NCBI GenBank assembly: GCA_964019425.1
Contig: OZ025781.1
Coordinates: 1,674,001-1,738,000, forward strand
From: Flectonema sp. DT1601
Taxonomy: Eukaryota
Length of the DNA: 64,000 bases
Direction of reading: 5' to 3'
The position numbers were made by a program, and so were the translations under genes. The notes under the pieces were generated by a model. It saw only the letters and a program-made list of their open reading frames with translations, made no database searches and was not told the DNA's origin. Below, one piece after another: positions 1-11,751 of this stretch (its first letter is position 1; every line of letters starts with the position of its first letter).

Positions 1-3000
1 TAATGGAATTAACTATTGGTTTAACTGGCAGACGTGTTCTCCTGGGAGTTGGAGAAACATTGGAAGGGAAGGTACGATCACTAATGAAGATGGTAGCTGT
101 TGGCACGAATCATCTCATGGTGAAGGTGGTTCATGGGATCCATATTGCAGAGACCAGACAAGGTATTGGAGAATAAATATCAGGAATTGTGCATCATTTC
201 CTTGTAGAGTTGCTGAACTTAAATTCTTTGAAGGTGATCGGATGACGGGGACCATTCCGGTTCTTCCAAAATCTCTAAACACACTCTGGGCTTACGGCAA
301 CCAACTGACTGGAACGATACCTCTCGTTGGACCTGCTTGGTCAGGAGAAATAAAAGTTCAGGACAACTGGTTGGATTCATTCACTCCTTTCTGTCCTGCT
401 CTCACAAACACCCACAAAGTGTGGATGGATCACAACAGGCTCACGGGTACTATTCCTCCGATGAATTGTTTATCGACAGCTGAATCAATAAGACTGGGAC
501 ACAACTCATTGACTGGTTTGTTTTATTTTATTTACTTAACACATTATACTACGACAACAAACAGTACAGCAACTAACTTTCAAAACAGGAACTATTCCGA
601 GGTGTTCATGTGGTAAGCTGACTGAGTTGTTGTTGGATGGGAACGCTTGCTGTTTGGATCCTTTTCCGACTACTTCGGGTCACAATTCTTGGAGAGATGA
701 TTTCTTAACGAGAGAACCAAAAATTACAACATACACAAACTGTCCGAGATTCCCTGGATTTGGTGGTTCTTGTCAACATGGTGGGTTAGAAGGACACCTA
801 CCTGATTGGAGAACAATGCCAAACCTTATACGATTTGGAATTGATAACAACATCATTACAGGTCCATTGAATGCGAGTATCGATGCAGCAAAAGACTTAC
901 GTTGGTTTCGAGCGAGAAACAACAGAATTTCAGGCACTCTTCCTTACGAGCAGATAATCGCAGCTGCCAACGCCAGCAACAACTGCCAAACTGTTTCGTG
1001 GTATCTCACAAATAATACACTTTGGGGTCCTGTTCCTGATCTACCAATGACACTAACAACTTGTACCAACTTTGTTGGTTGTAACTCTGGTCATCTGGAC
1101 GGAAGGAAGTTTTTCGATTTCATGATTGACTACAACTACTTATGGGGACCACTACCTACTAGATTCGAGAGAGTGAGAGATGATATTGTTGTTACTCACA
1201 ACTGTTGGGATTGTCCGATGCCGAGACAGGCTGTGTGGGGACCTCCTTTAAATGATATTCCTCAAACACGGAATCTTGGTGCCTGGGTTCCTAAGAAACT
1301 TTTACGAAAACCCGACTGCGCTGAGGGACCAAACGCCGCTGAGCGATACGAATTAGACGGCCCTTCTTGTCCTGCAGAACCTCCCTTTGCTCTTTATGAG
1401 CACGTCACGCGCTGTAGACCCCTCGTTAATATCACAGCAATCTACACTGAAGAAGAGATTCGTTCGAAGGCAAATTCTTTCGCGATATCTTTCTTTGAGG
1501 ATTCACCTCTTCCTTTTTGGGCACCAGGATTGTGGCAATGTAAGCTTTGTAATAATACGGAAGTAGGTCCTCAACAGGATTGCAGTACAGCTGTCTGTCC
1601 ATGGGGACCAGCAACTGCAGCTGGAACGCCAGCATGTCCGCTGAATGTTTCCACTGCATCTTGTCCGGGTGATGTTCCTTTAATTAATTGGCCCATGGCT
1701 GGAGCTAATGACAGTTGCCCTGTTGGGGTTAACGCCAGCTGTCCAAAAAATGTTTGCTTACCTGATTTGAATATGGGAGCGAACTGTAATGCTGTTGCAA
1801 CTGTTTGCCCTAAAATGGGTGAATGCCCACAAGATGTTATCTGTGAGCTAAATAACACTTGTCCTTTTGGTAATCTTGGAGCACAATATAATGACACACC
1901 AATGGGATGTGATGTAACTTCTCATATAATGCCAGCACCAAATGGGACTTGTCGAATTGATGCAAATAATGGATCTTGTCCTGCAGGTGATTGCAACCAT
2001 CCTTGGTCATGTGACACTAGTGTAGTTGGTAGTGATTGGGGACCGTTGCCTGTGTTCTTTTCTGATCAATTAAGGAAGCTATTTGTGTCTGGTATGACTA
2101 CTACATCACAACAACAATTTCAAAAAATCGAAAGAGGATTTAATACGTTCGCAAGTCAACTGGTTCCTTTCACGAGTGCGGTTCTTGGACCAATCCCAGG
2201 ATCCAATAAGTACATCGACCTCCCTACAGAGATGATGATAAACTTACAGAAGGTTGCAATGTACGATACGAGTGTTGTTGAGGATATTGGTGTACAGATA
2301 TTCGATGAGCTTGTACTGGCTCCCTTTGGAGCAGCAATCAACCCGGCTGGATACTGGAAAATCATTCCTTCTCAGGGGATCATGAGAGGTGATGATCAAA
2401 CAGTACTTGAAGATGTTGTTAGGGGTAAAGATTCTCGTAATAGACCTGTAAATGAAACACTTTTTATAAATGTTTCTTTACCAATAAATAGTGAAGAAGG
2501 TGGATGGGAAACTTTTAGATGTGAAGAGAACTACACAGATCTTTGCTTAGATTATAACGTCATCAAACCTTCACCTATTGAAAGCCGAACCTGTGATTTT
2601 GAATGTGCAATGGAAAGTACTTTAGAACCGCCTACCATTACATTAGCATCCTGCGATGAGTATGAAATGAGTTTTGAATTCCTGTTACCGGCCTACAACA
2701 TTCCTGACAATTCTGTTGAAGTGGTTGAGTTCGTAATCACTGGTAATTGTACTGCTTCTGCTCTTCCTCCTAAGAATAACAAAGTGACGGTGACAATAAA
2801 TAGTTTGATCGATCCTATTCCAACACAAACTCAAACATTCTCAAAACCCATCACACCAACAGTGACCGTAACAGAGACTACTGTTACGGTTACAGAAACT
2901 GAATCCCTTACAGTTACTAATACTGGTGTTCCTTGGTGTATTGTATTCCCAGATAGTGTCTTTTGTTTGGAAAATGAGATTATTAGTCTTGTTCCGTGGC

Positions 3001-3539
3001 TTCTCATGCTTGCTGCAATCTGCTGTGGTCTCTGTCTTGCTTGTCTTGGGTTTCGATTCTTACCAAAGGAATCTGTTGAGCTCACTATATCAGATCCGAC
3101 TTGTGAAGTTCGTCGACCAATTCCGTTTCCTCACTTTGACGATCCAAAGCCAGTACCACAACGTCATTATATGCCAGTTGCAGCTGATAATGATGAAATT
3201 ACAGTTGGTGTTAAGAATGTTGAAGAAGTAATGATCGGTGTTAAGAATGTCGAGGAAGTAATGATTGGTGTTCATCCATTAAAGAATGATCCTTTGAGAT
3301 CCTCAGATGATCGTATCAACGTCAGAGTCACGAATAGATTAAAGAGACGTGGTAGTGGTGCTAGTGGAGGTGATTCTGATCGTCAGTCGTTGGTTTCGGT
3401 TGTGCCGTCAACGATATCGTCAGCCACAACGAGGAATGATTTGCTTCCGATTATGGGATCGGGTGGTCCAGATCGAATCCTTCCTACTATCGCACCTTCG
3501 CTCAGGACCTCGAATAATAATGCGTCAGTACTTCTTTGA
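1..3539 (+). CDS. LRR-containing, Cys-rich type I membrane/surface protein (5' end outside window); exons <1-515, 589-3539
   Basis: Frame open from position 2. Plant/GP46-type LRRs (NQLTGTIP, NRLTGTIP, NIITGPL, NRISGTLP). Intron 516-588 (gtttgt...caaaacag) joins ORF 242 to ORF 627 in frame, giving NSLTG|TIP. Cys-rich middle, Thr-rich stalk, hydrophobic TM (LVPWLLMLAAICCGLCLACLGF). Confidence 0.8.
3205..3273 (+). repeat. 30-bp coding tandem repeat (GVKNVEEVMI x2.3) in the predicted cytoplasmic tail
   Basis: ggtgttaagaatgt(t/c)ga(a/g)gaagtaatgat repeated directly. Confidence 0.85.
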
Positions 3540-4761
3540 AGTACATCACGTCTAAAATAAGAAAGAAAAAAGAAATAACAGCTTATACAGCAACTACTGA
3601 GCCGAACACAAATTCAGCTTCTTCAGGATCTACGAGCGAACTACTTTTCGCTGTACTTTAGTAGCAACAGTTTTACTTCTCATGAGATTGCAGCTTTCTT
3701 TCGTTTTGTTTCTGTTTTTGTTGTGTTTGTTCTTTCCTCTTATGTCTGTTAAAAGTCTATCCAGTTGTTCCTTTTGTTTTGTTTACTTTATGTGTTAACG
3801 TGTGGATTCGAAATAGTTTATTACCCGACAGGTTTGTTTCTCAACGGCTGCAATGTTGTCGGTTGGTAGATGTTTTCATTTTATTACTCTCTTGTTCCGT
3901 TCTCGTTGTGTTGCGAGAATTTGTGAAAACTGTACTCTCCCGACTGCTGATTATGTCAGCAGTAAGTGGCAATTATATTTGTTAGTTATGAGTACAAGTT
4001 AATTCGTGTTGTAGTTGTGCAACTCTCGCAGTAATAATATTGTCTGTGGGGGTGAAACACAACAGGTGGGATTTTTGTTTTTCTTCTCTTTCCTTTTTAT
4101 TAGTGACTTTGGGTCATACTGCGTCTTGATTTTTTTTTTTGTGCGAAACTTGAAAAAAAAAAAAAAAAAAAAAAAAGGCTCTTGATCCTGTGTTTATTTC
4201 TTTTTTTATAGATTAAAAACTGATTTAAACAAAAAAAAAAAAAAGGATTGCTTGACCTTCTTTGGGTGTTTTCTGGAGGGACTTAGACATAGTTTTCTTT
4301 TTTTTTGCTTCCTTTTTTTGTAATTGCGTTTTTAAAACGGTTTTTCTTTTTTTTCTCTCTCCTGCTGGTATTTTATTATAATCGGGGACGCGTCAATTCC
4401 CTCCCCGTTTGCTCGTTTGGGAGGAAGTATCAAAAAAAACAACAACATCTGATTGATTTAAGGCTCATCGCCACCTGAAAACAGTTGTTACTATTTGTTT
4501 GTTTTCCGTGAAGGAAGATGTTTGATTTGCTCTTGTTTTTTATTTTATTTAGTAGACATGTGATTCATAACATATTCAAAGTAAAAATATTTCCGTTAGT
4601 ATGTTTGTCTATTTGCCCAACATCTCTTAACTTCTTCTTCTATCTGACAATAACTATGTTTGACAGATTTTTTCCCTTTTTTTTTTTTTTCAGTTTGCTT
4701 TTCTATTCGTGCAGATGTTGAGCTTCAGTTTAACGGCTTGATTTAATTGTGTTTTCATTGT

Positions 4762-4783
4762 TATATTATTTCTATTTTCACAG
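4762..4783 (+). promoter_or_regulatory. Putative SL trans-splice acceptor (representative; similar AGs at 6652, 11736, 28317, 38171, 46897, 57849)
   Basis: T-rich tract ending in AG about 13-27 nt upstream of the start codon, with no upstream in-frame exon. Confidence 0.6.
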
Positions 4784-4797
4784 ATAAGGGAGGTATC

Positions 4798-6333
4798 ATG
4801 GCGATGGTACCACCCGAGAAGCTGCTCGTGTCGTCTCCATTTCATGCTGAACACTGCAGTGGTACGTATGTTCTTGCTGATTACAAGGTATGTTTATTAT
4901 TATGGTTCCGCTGATAGTAGTTTCCAGTGTTGATAAAAAGAAATAAACCAAACCAGATAAATCAATTCCCTGTGTGGGAATGCACTGACCGCGCTCACTG
5001 GTTCTTCAGTACTCGTGCTGGTGGTTGGATGATTGCTGATGATGCTAACGCGCTTCATGCTGCCGATAGTAACGGACTCATCGCCAGTGTTGGTAAACAC
5101 CGTGGTAAGATGCCTCATGTTGTAAATGAATGGCAAGTAGGTGATGGAATAGCCTGGCACATTGATCCTTCTATCGGAATAGCTGTACCACCTGAGACAA
5201 ACATGACTCCAAATAACAACAATCTTATAACACCTGAGAGAGTATCGAGTAGTAATCAAAGTCTTGTTTTATACGATCAGCCAGTATCTGATGACAGACT
5301 AAAGTTAGCAATGTCTCAAGTTGAAACACTCCTACTACAATGTGAAGCATTGCGAAGTGAGAAACTCTCTCAGCAGCGTAACTTTGAGGAATCGTTAAAC
5401 ACAATTGAGATCCAGATAACTGCACTGAATCAGGAAAAGGATGAAGCAGTTGTGATGGCTGAAGAAACTAACATTCAGTTGGCAGACCGAGAACGGAAAC
5501 TAACTACAAGTGAACTAGAGAATAATGAACTACGATCAAAACTAAACACAAGAGATGAGGAACTATCATCAATTCGTCTTGAGCTTCAAGGTTGCCGACT
5601 ACTTGTAGCACAAGCAGAGCAACGAGAACGAGAAGCTGAATCAGTTTCTGTTGTAGTTCAAACCATAGATCGCGACCTTGTTTCACCTCGCTTAATGGCG
5701 AGTGACAGTCTTGCAAAAACAGATTCCTTGCAGCAGAGGAACAGATCTCCTTCGAGGACATCTGCCGTGTTGTCGAATAGAAGTCTTCCTCCTTTTAAAG
5801 ATCTATTCCCATGTGCTCCAACAAGTATGAGTAGAATCCCTTCAGTTAGTAATGAAATATCATCTCCAGTTAGTAATGGAAAGAAGACTGTTAGAGTTGT
5901 TGAAGCATTCACTCCAATGACTCGTACCATATCACCACCTCCACAGTCTAGAGATTCTCGCTATTGTAGTCCAGTAGTTCCACAAGCCAAACCCGTGCGG
6001 ACTATTTGGTTAGAAGCACCGAACCTTCCTTCTTGCTGTGGATACTTTACAATTCAAAATGCGAACATATCTCCAGCTAGTTGGGTATCACCAACTGACT
6101 TCTGGCTTATTATAAATGTGGATCTACTTGGAGACACTCGCTGGTACGTTGCTGCTGGTAACGGTGAGGGTTACGCTGCGGCACTTTCAAAGATAAAAGA
6201 TAACACGGCGATCATTAGATCGGAGTCTTGTATTTCTGTTGAAACTCTTCCTTCTTCTGTTAATAATTGGGAAGTCTGTATTGGTGGTATTTGGAGATAT
6301 GACCCTTCCGTACGACTACTACCAGACATGTGA
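4798..6333 (+). CDS. Hypothetical protein: two related Trp-rich domains flanking a coiled coil; exons 4798-4887, 4957-6333
   Basis: ATG 4798 follows a T-rich acceptor (ttttcacag, 4783). Intron 4888-4956 (gtatgt...aaaccag) is in frame with ORF 4927. Central heptad-rich region. Confidence 0.75.
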
Positions 6334-6668
6334 ACTACTGTTGGTAATTAAATTCCTTTTTTTTGTCTTCGATAACTCGGATGATTGCAGTACGTGTCCT
6401 CAGTAACGAGACGCCTTCCACCCCATTTCACACTTAGATATCATTAATGTAATTGTACCTTACTTAGTAAGATTAAGTTTGTTTGTTTTTCTTTCTGAAC
6501 CTGTATTGTTTTTCTTTATTTTCCTTACTCGATTGTCCATTTTGCAGATATGATTAATTACTAATGTCCTATTTATAGGAAGCCTTAGTAGTTAAGATAG
6601 AGTAGTAGCCATTGAGGATGTTAATCTCTTATTAAATTATTACTTATTACAGACAAATAAATAAAATT

Positions 6669-7670
6669 ATGTCTGTCTCAAGAAGAATGACTGTCGCAAT
6701 CATGGGGAATACGAGTAATCCCCTGCTTCAGGCATATCCAAGGGATATGAATATTAACTATGTCGTGGCTGATACAGCAAAAAAACTTTTAGAAAATCCA
6801 CAAGCACAGGAAGCAGAATGCCTTCTTGCATTCGCGATGGATAAGAGCTGGTCTGTTCAGCTAATTGAAGCATTTCCAAAATTACCAAACGTAAAGTGGA
6901 TTCATTCTTTTTCCGCTGGTGTTGACGCCCTCGCTCCATTCATTAAGGAATGTCTTACTGAAGGTAGAGGTGCTAATGTTCCTCTCACTAATGGAAGAGG
7001 TGCGTTCAGCAGTTCATTAGCGGAGTGGGTTATGACTGCTGTATTGCACTTCAATAAACAAATCCCGAAGTGTATCGAAAACAAGAAGACTGTGACTTGG
7101 GATCGCTTTACAATGAATGTTGTTAAAGGAAAGACCATCGGGTTCGTTGGTTACGGAAATATCTCTCAGGCATCTGCAGAATTTTGCAAGGCTATGGGAA
7201 TGCGGGTACTCGCTTTGAGACGTGACCCGTCAAAGCCTGCGAAGTACGCTGATATTGTGTTCCCAAATGACCAAAGGAATGAAATGCTTTCTCAGTGTGA
7301 CTTTGTCGTATCAGTTCTTCCTGGAACTCCCGAGACACTCAACTTCTTTAATAAAGAAGTATTTGACAGCATGAAGAAGGGATGTACTTTCATCTCAATT
7401 GGACGAGGTGTCGTCGTTGACGAAGATGCTTTAATTGATGCGATGGAATCAGGTCATATATCTGGTGCTTCTTTAGATGTTTTTAAGACCGAACCTCTTC
7501 CTTCGGAAAGTCGTTTGTGGAAACTTGATAACTTGTTGCTCACTGCTCATAATGCGGATATGACTGCTGACTTTTCTGAGCTTGGATGGGGTATTTGGAA
7601 AGATAACTACCAATCTTACGTTAGCAGCACACCATTCACATCATTAGTTGATAAGGCTGCTGGCTATTAG
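6669..7670 (+). CDS. D-isomer-specific 2-hydroxyacid dehydrogenase (NAD(P)-binding)
   Basis: GFVGYGNI Rossmann motif, FISIGRG, GASLDVFKTEPLP, LLTAHNA catalytic His. Confidence 0.93.
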   Translation: MSVSRRMTVAIMGNTSNPLLQAYPRDMNINYVVADTAKKLLENPQAQEAECLLAFAMDKSWSVQLIEAFPKLPNVKWIHSFSAGVDALAPFIKECLTEGRGANVPLTNGRGAFSSSLAEWVMTAVLHFNKQIPKCIENKKTVTWDRFTMNVVKGKTIGFVGYGNISQASAEFCKAMGMRVLALRRDPSKPAKYADIVFPNDQRNEMLSQCDFVVSVLPGTPETLNFFNKEVFDSMKKGCTFISIGRGVVVDEDALIDAMESGHISGASLDVFKTEPLPSESRLWKLDNLLLTAHNADMTADFSELGWGIWKDNYQSYVSSTPFTSLVDKAAGY

Positions 7671-7789
7671 ATCTTAAGTTGGAAAGTAACGCTGCGAATT
7701 CCTTTGATTCGAGTCGTCGTATCGAGTGTAATTTTGATAACGTGTAGTGTACTGCGACTGAACTTTGAATATAATTTTTTTTTTTTTTT

Positions 7790-7916
7790 GCACCGACGAA
7801 GTCGGAGAAGAAACTATTCAGATTAAGAGCCGTTATTTATTATGTCATGTTATCTATTTCCCTGTGCGCCAGTAAAACTAGCTGCGATCAACAAAATATA
7901 AGGCTTATCTGAATGG
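7790..7916. repeat. Dispersed structured intergenic element, copy A
   Basis: Aligns by eye with 22901-23014 and 33459-33596. Contains ccgac-gaa-gtcgg hairpin and aaactattcagat...atctgaatggttt inverted repeat. T-runs on both sides. Confidence 0.85.
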
Positions 7917-8926
7917 TTTTTTTTTTTTTATTGAAGGCTCACAACTACTTCCCACCAGTTGTATTGCCGCTTTTTCTCTACATACAAATCCTTCATTCAA
8001 TGATGGCTCTCTGTGGACTGAATTCTCACGTTAATTAGTGTTTTCCTAATGGCTTTTATCTCTTTTTACTATTCAGTCTACTTTGAGTTATATGCTACAA
8101 CAGGCACATCTCCTTACAGGCTACCTTTTGAGTAGTGCTGTACTGGCTTGAATTATATCATTTTATCCACAGTTTCACCTTTCGAATACAAAAAAAAACA
8201 TACCAATGTAGCAGCGTTCATCAAACTAGCGAAAGTTGTGTATAATTGTGACGGTCTGTCTTCTGGACAGAACCAAGACCAATGGCTTACAGATTACACA
8301 AGCCATTTATTATTCAAGTCTGTAATAAAATAGAATTCAATAATAATAATCGCAGTTTGATCCGCAACGGGCTGATCGGTAGCACGGGAAACATGAGAGG
8401 ACAAAAAAGATTGTTAGCAACGCTCGAAAAAGAAACCGGTTACTTATGGAGTGCTTTAAGGCCGATTAGCCTTGCAGGAGATTTAATACAGGTTATCCGG
8501 TTTTAACAATCTATTTCCCACAGGATTGACACATTATCCTCTTACAGTTGACCTTATAAGTTATGAGGTAATTGTGTCAACAAGCTTTCCAGTTTTTTTT
8601 AGCTAAAGTTGCTGTTATGGTTTAGAGTGACTGTGATACAAGAACTCATCAGACTAAGTGGATCAAGAGCTCGATGCAAATAGCTGAGAACTGCTCTGAT
8701 ATCCAACCAGGACATGTGCACCAATCATAGGTTACCTGAGATACGATTTATCTGGACAGCACTCTGAGTTGTTTGATACCGAAGTGACCGAGTCTGGAGG
8801 TAGTTTTCGTCACGTTCCCATACCATTAGCAAACCTGACTCATGAAAGTGCCCAGAATCTTTGTTAATCTCATCATACTCCAAGCCATTCATCATCACAT
8901 TTCGTAGGTTACTCAGGCGAGTTAAA

Positions 8927-10102
8927 ATGCAACTTTCGGTTACGTTCCCAGACACAGGATTTCCTGACGTTGTTTTCACAGCTTCTGGAGAGTCGCTCGT
9001 GAAGGATGCATTGCAGGTTGCAGCTGATGAGTGGGGTACCGATGCTGACTTTCTTGAACTCTCTTTCGCAGGATCGCGGCTTCGAGCAGGTAGTCGACTG
9101 GTGTCGTACGGGGTGGAGGACGGCTCGCTGTTGGATGCATCGGTGGTGCGCTTGTTTGGATTGGAATGGTTCACAGATGCTGCAAAGAGAGCGAAGGCAT
9201 TCCTACGAGGAAAACGGGATCAGGACGGGTTTTTCTGCCTTGATACTCCCACATTCGCTGTGGATGGCTGTCTTCAGTTTAATAACTATGAGTGGTTCTC
9301 GGATGATGTTACGAACATCTCATTCAGCAACTCTGAACCCTCAGTCACGACCGTTTCAGATGGTTTCTTATCCTCATCTCGTGAGGTAATAAAGATCAGT
9401 CTGCCTGGTTTTCAATACGTCACATCTGTTGGTAATAATTTCCTCAGTCGTTGCAATTCACTGTCATCCGTAGACTTATCAAGTCTCAGCAATCTTTCAG
9501 CTGTTGAAGATCGTTTTCTAAATAAATGTTCATCCCTCACATCTCTGGACTTATCAAATCTCAGTAATCTTTCGGCTGTTGGAGACTATTTTCTATTTTC
9601 TTGTTCATCCCTCACATCTCTGGACTTATCAGGTCTCGGCAATCTTTCAGCTGTTGGAATATATTTTCTAAATAAATGTTCATCCCTCACATCTCTGGAC
9701 TTATCAAGTCTCAGCAATATTTCAGCTGTTGGAGACGCTTTTCTATATTCTTGTTCATCCCTTACATCTCTGGACTTATCAAGTCTCAGCAATGTTTCGG
9801 CTGTTGGAGACTATTTTCTAAATCATTGTTCATCCCTTACATCTCTGGACTTATCAGGTCTCGGCAATGTTTCAGCTGTTGGACACTATTTTCTATATTC
9901 TTGTTCATCCCTCACATCTCTGGACTTATCAGGTCTCAGCAATATTTCAGCTGTTGGAGACAATTTTCTCAGTGATTGTTCATCACTTACTTCCTTGGAT
10001 TTAACCCTCGTGAATGTAGAATCGGTTGGAAAATATTTCCTAGAAGGTTGTTCATCCATTAACAGAAACGAACTGCATACGAGCATAAGAAATTTGAAGT
10101 GA
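8927..10102 (+). CDS. Ubiquitin-like N-terminal domain + BspA/TpLRR-like leucine-rich repeat protein (paralogue 1)
   Basis: First ATG 8927 is in frame with ORF 8861. 25-aa repeats DLSxLxNxSAVGxxFLxxCSSLTSL. N-terminal ~75 aa has a beta-grasp-like pattern and aligns with the gene at 20788. Confidence 0.8.
   Translation: MQLSVTFPDTGFPDVVFTASGESLVKDALQVAADEWGTDADFLELSFAGSRLRAGSRLVSYGVEDGSLLDASVVRLFGLEWFTDAAKRAKAFLRGKRDQDGFFCLDTPTFAVDGCLQFNNYEWFSDDVTNISFSNSEPSVTTVSDGFLSSSREVIKISLPGFQYVTSVGNNFLSRCNSLSSVDLSSLSNLSAVEDRFLNKCSSLTSLDLSNLSNLSAVGDYFLFSCSSLTSLDLSGLGNLSAVGIYFLNKCSSLTSLDLSSLSNISAVGDAFLYSCSSLTSLDLSSLSNVSAVGDYFLNHCSSLTSLDLSGLGNVSAVGHYFLYSCSSLTSLDLSGLSNISAVGDNFLSDCSSLTSLDLTLVNVESVGKYFLEGCSSINRNELHTSIRNLK
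9473..9997 (+). repeat. Seven near-identical 75-bp coding tandem repeats (LRR units)
   Basis: gacttatca recurs at 9473, 9548, 9623, 9698, 9773, 9848, 9923. Confidence 0.95.
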
Positions 10103-11751
10103 CAAAAATCATATATCAGTCAACATTTATTTTTAGTGTCAAATTAGACCCTTCAATTATTTTTTAGTTTTAGTACTTGTCCACGGCTGAGCTGATTTGG
10201 TAAACCACAAAATTTCTTTTCTCAATTCGGGAGAAAAGTATGTGATGCCAACCTCCCGATTTCGGACGGAAATGAACCCCACGATGCAGCGCATTAAAAT
10301 GCCGCTTCGATCGAATTTTTTACCATTTTTTTTCGGAAAAAGTTTTCATTGTCCAGGATTTGGTCGCAAAAAAAGCATAATTGACCGATGCTATGTTGTT
10401 TTTAGTGTGTTGTTCCCTTTCCCGTTTAATTTCGAGGTATTTAATTTATCTTTATTTAATAGTGTTTTCAGAAAAGATGATGTGTGTTCGCTCACACACT
10501 CTTAATAAGTGTTTGTTAATTAAAATTAAATATTTAATTACATTGCAATATTCGTATTCCCTTTACTGGGTCATATTCTCATCAGATTCCCAACCCTATT
10601 TTGGTATTCCCCGCCCGCCCTTCTCCCCGCCAGTGTCTGGTCGAATCGAAACGGGCCTGGCCCAATCCCTGTGCACGCGGAAGTAATCTGCCCATCTAGA
10701 GTGTAGATACTTCTTTAAGTTGATCTCAGCTTGTTTAGGTAATGCCTTATTCTCTTGTCATATTTCCTACTCAGGTGCAAACAGTGATGGAAAGCGAAGT
10801 TCTCTTTTTATAAAACTTTTTTTGATTGACGTTTCTGAGTGCCTTTCCCTGCTGTGATTCTGCAGTTCTTCACACCATACGATGATGAACAGATAGTGAT
10901 GTAGTTCATATGTATTCAGTTTTATTATTATTATTATCAACAATCAATCACATGGCTGTCATTAACGAGGTGAAAGCCACGGCAGCACAACCACAAGAAT
11001 ATACAGAAGTAATTTATGGTTAATTGTGTAAGAAAGGACACATCCGTTATGTTGGTCAAAGAGGGTCCTTAACCTCCAAGAAGTAGAAACGAATGCTGGT
11101 GGAAATTACAGCCGCAAACCTGCTGAATGGCAGTATACTAAACTAATAGAAACTGTGAATTCGGGAGTTGTGGTGGAGAAAAAAGATCGAACTTAATCTT
11201 TTGTGTCTACCGCTCCCTCCTTCGTTCCTTCTTAGTTCCTCTTTCACAGTATTTCAAGTTACCCATTTTTATCTTCCTGATGTGGTACTTCTGTTTCAGG
11301 GTTTTGCCTTCCACTATCTCTTGGGAGCCAACACTATTCTTTTTTGGCAGGTATCGAGGCTTTTGTTGTTTCCTCTCTGTTAACTTCTCCTGTCTCATCC
11401 AGCTCTTAGGCAATACCTTACAAAGTTATCAATACTAATTGTACATCGCCAACACCTCAGCAACTACATTGGATGGCCTTTTGCAATTTCAATAGCAGCT
11501 TCTTTGGCAACTGCACCCTGCAAGTTATCGAAGCTGTTGTGCAGTGAGGAAAAGGGTCAATCTGTTGTGAATAACTGTTGTTCCATCACCGCCACCTTCG
11601 TTGCTTCTTCTTTTAGAGATGACTTTTGTTATTTTAATGTATTTGTCATCTTACAGCTTGAATGAATGTAAATGACGTTATTCGAAGTGAATTATTTATT
11701 TAAGTGAGGTTTATTTTATATATTTTTATTTCAAAGATCCTGGCTGGAAAT

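Noticed and set aside
7790..7825. Hammerhead-like ccgacga...gaaac, and tracrRNA-like gtcggtgc end on the minus strand
   Set aside because: Stem II cannot form, the core is not conserved in the other copies, and no nuclease gene is nearby.
9473..9997. CRISPR-like regular repeat with variable intervals
   Set aside because: Units are contiguous in-frame 75-bp LRR codons with no unique spacers, no cas genes, and a eukaryotic context.
10545..10592. Minus-strand CUGAUGA...GAA hammerhead candidate
   Set aside because: Stem II does not pair at its base and the GAAA core is absent.
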